A DNA stretch of 64,000 nucleotides from Candidatus Binatota bacterium (GTDB lineage: Bacteria; Desulfobacterota; Binatia; UBA1149; CAITLU01): assembly GCA_024276575.1 (NCBI GenBank), contig JAJRWY010000065.1:15-64014 (forward strand), written 5' to 3'. This document shows, piece after piece, positions 63,256 to 64,000 of the stretch. Numbering within the stretch: the first letter of the stretch is position 1; each line of letters opens with the position of its first letter. A program made the translations under genes and the position numbers. A model generated the notes under the pieces. The model was not told where the DNA came from and ran no database searches. It saw only the letters and a program-made list of their open reading frames with translations.

Positions 63256-64000
63256 TTAGTCCTTGGTCAGCGTGTTTGCGAGCAGCAGTACGGAGAAAGG
63301 TCCGAACTGTAGCAAGGGGATCAGATAGGCCATGCCCTCTACTTGCTGGTAGTCGAGAAAGAAAGATAGGTAATAGGCGGGCACCATCAGCAGTAGCACC
63401 ATCCAATGTGCCCGTGGGCGCAGCGCGACAAGGGGCAGCAGCCAGCAGAAACGCCAAGGCTCGGCAGCCGGCCCGAGTAGTAGCCACAAGGCCAGCACCG
63501 ACAAGCTTCCGCCCAGTACATCGGCGGTTATCCGCTCGGCCGCTGAGCGCAGGGGGAACAGTGCGGCCAGTGCCAGCCCGGCTGCCGCCGCCAAGGCTAC
63601 GGCGAAGCGGTAGCCGTTGAGCGGGTCGGCGAGCATCGAGTCGAAAAACCCGCGCAACGCAGGAAAGCCCGGCCCCGCTAATGATCCCGGGAACGCTCGA
63701 GTAAATGCGCCCCACGCGGGTCCGCCACCGGCGACGTAGCTGAAATAGAGATGCGGAAGCAAGAACACGAGACAGAAGGACGTAAAGGCGGCCAGACGTC
63801 TGTCGCGACTCGTGGCGCGCAGCCACAGCGGGAGTAAAAGCAGGACTAGGTAGTCGCAGCCGGCGGCTAGGCCGAGCAGGGCCATAGCTAGCGGAAAGCG
63901 GCGAGAGCTTAGAGATAGCGCGGCGCACAGTACGAATAACACCGCCACACCCTCGTAGTGTGCGGAATTGATCAACTCCTTGAAAACCAGAGGAGACCAC
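63256..64000 (-). CDS. polytopic membrane protein, 5' end outside the window (possible GT-C/DUF2029-like glycosyltransferase C-terminal part)
   Basis: The frame stays open to the window edge (..WSPLVFKELINSAHYEG..) and has multiple TM segments. The alternative 63134-64000 frame is Arg-rich and looks like a shadow ORF. Confidence 0.5.
   Translation of the reverse strand, partial: WSPLVFKELINSAHYEGVAVLFVLCAALSLSSRRFPLAMALLGLAAGCDYLVLLLLPLWLRATSRDRRLAAFTSFCLVFLLPHLYFSYVAGGGPAWGAFTRAFPGSLAGPGFPALRGFFDSMLADPLNGYRFAVALAAAAGLALAALFPLRSAAERITADVLGGSLSVLALWLLLGPAAEPWRFCWLLPLVALRPRAHWMVLLLMVPAYYLSFFLDYQQVEGMAYLIPLLQFGPFSVLLLANTLTKD

Overview
Visibly GC-rich bacterial chromosomal window. I saw no rRNA gene, CRISPR array or intact mobile element. 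All product calls rest on motif recognition by eye; no database search was run.

Layout:
- 0.1-12.8 kb, mostly + strand: membrane protein, dnaA, ferritin-like protein, GT2 glycosyltransferase, a convergent TMTC/PMT-like TPR membrane protein, amidase, tRNA-Arg(CCT), a Cys-rich/beta-propeller lipoprotein and a dGTPase-like HD protein. These are followed by a ~1.1 kb gene-decay scar (transposase HTH remnant, truncated and frameshifted GT4, 35-codon GH130 stub) and an FGE/SUMF1-domain protein.
- 12.96-53.03 kb: 30 CDS plus one tRNA on the - strand, with only 3 + strand exceptions. The run is EamA transporter, ArsR-methyltransferase with an in-frame TAA, ahcY, YfgM-like protein, DUF151 nuclease, VWA/MoxR pair, pgsA, hflX, dnaE, guaA, guaB, der, era, rnc, mtaB, mnmA, cysteine desulfurase, cimA, lysC, tsaE, nnr, pdxJ, glmM, ftsH, tilS, vapBC, tRNA(CAT), meaB and lipB.
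- 48.7-51.1 kb is a small accessory islet inside that run. It holds five 41-bp tandem repeats, a secreted hypothetical protein, vapBC, and a perfect 84-bp tandem duplication that includes the 3' end of tRNA(CAT).
- 54.1-63.2 kb, + strand: a translationally coupled cassette of sensor kinase, a doubly degenerate REC/sigma54-AAA+/HisKA hybrid and an NtrC-type activator. A candidate sigma54 promoter and the F420 genes cofG-cofH-cofD-cofE follow.

Best candidate for something undescribed: the degenerate hybrid signalling protein and its possible sigma54 link to F420 biosynthesis.

Other notable points:
- a nonsense codon in the ArsR-methyltransferase next to ahcY;
- the repeat arrays;
- dnaA without dnaN and without a DnaA-box cluster;
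- frequent GTGA/TTGA start-stop overlaps.
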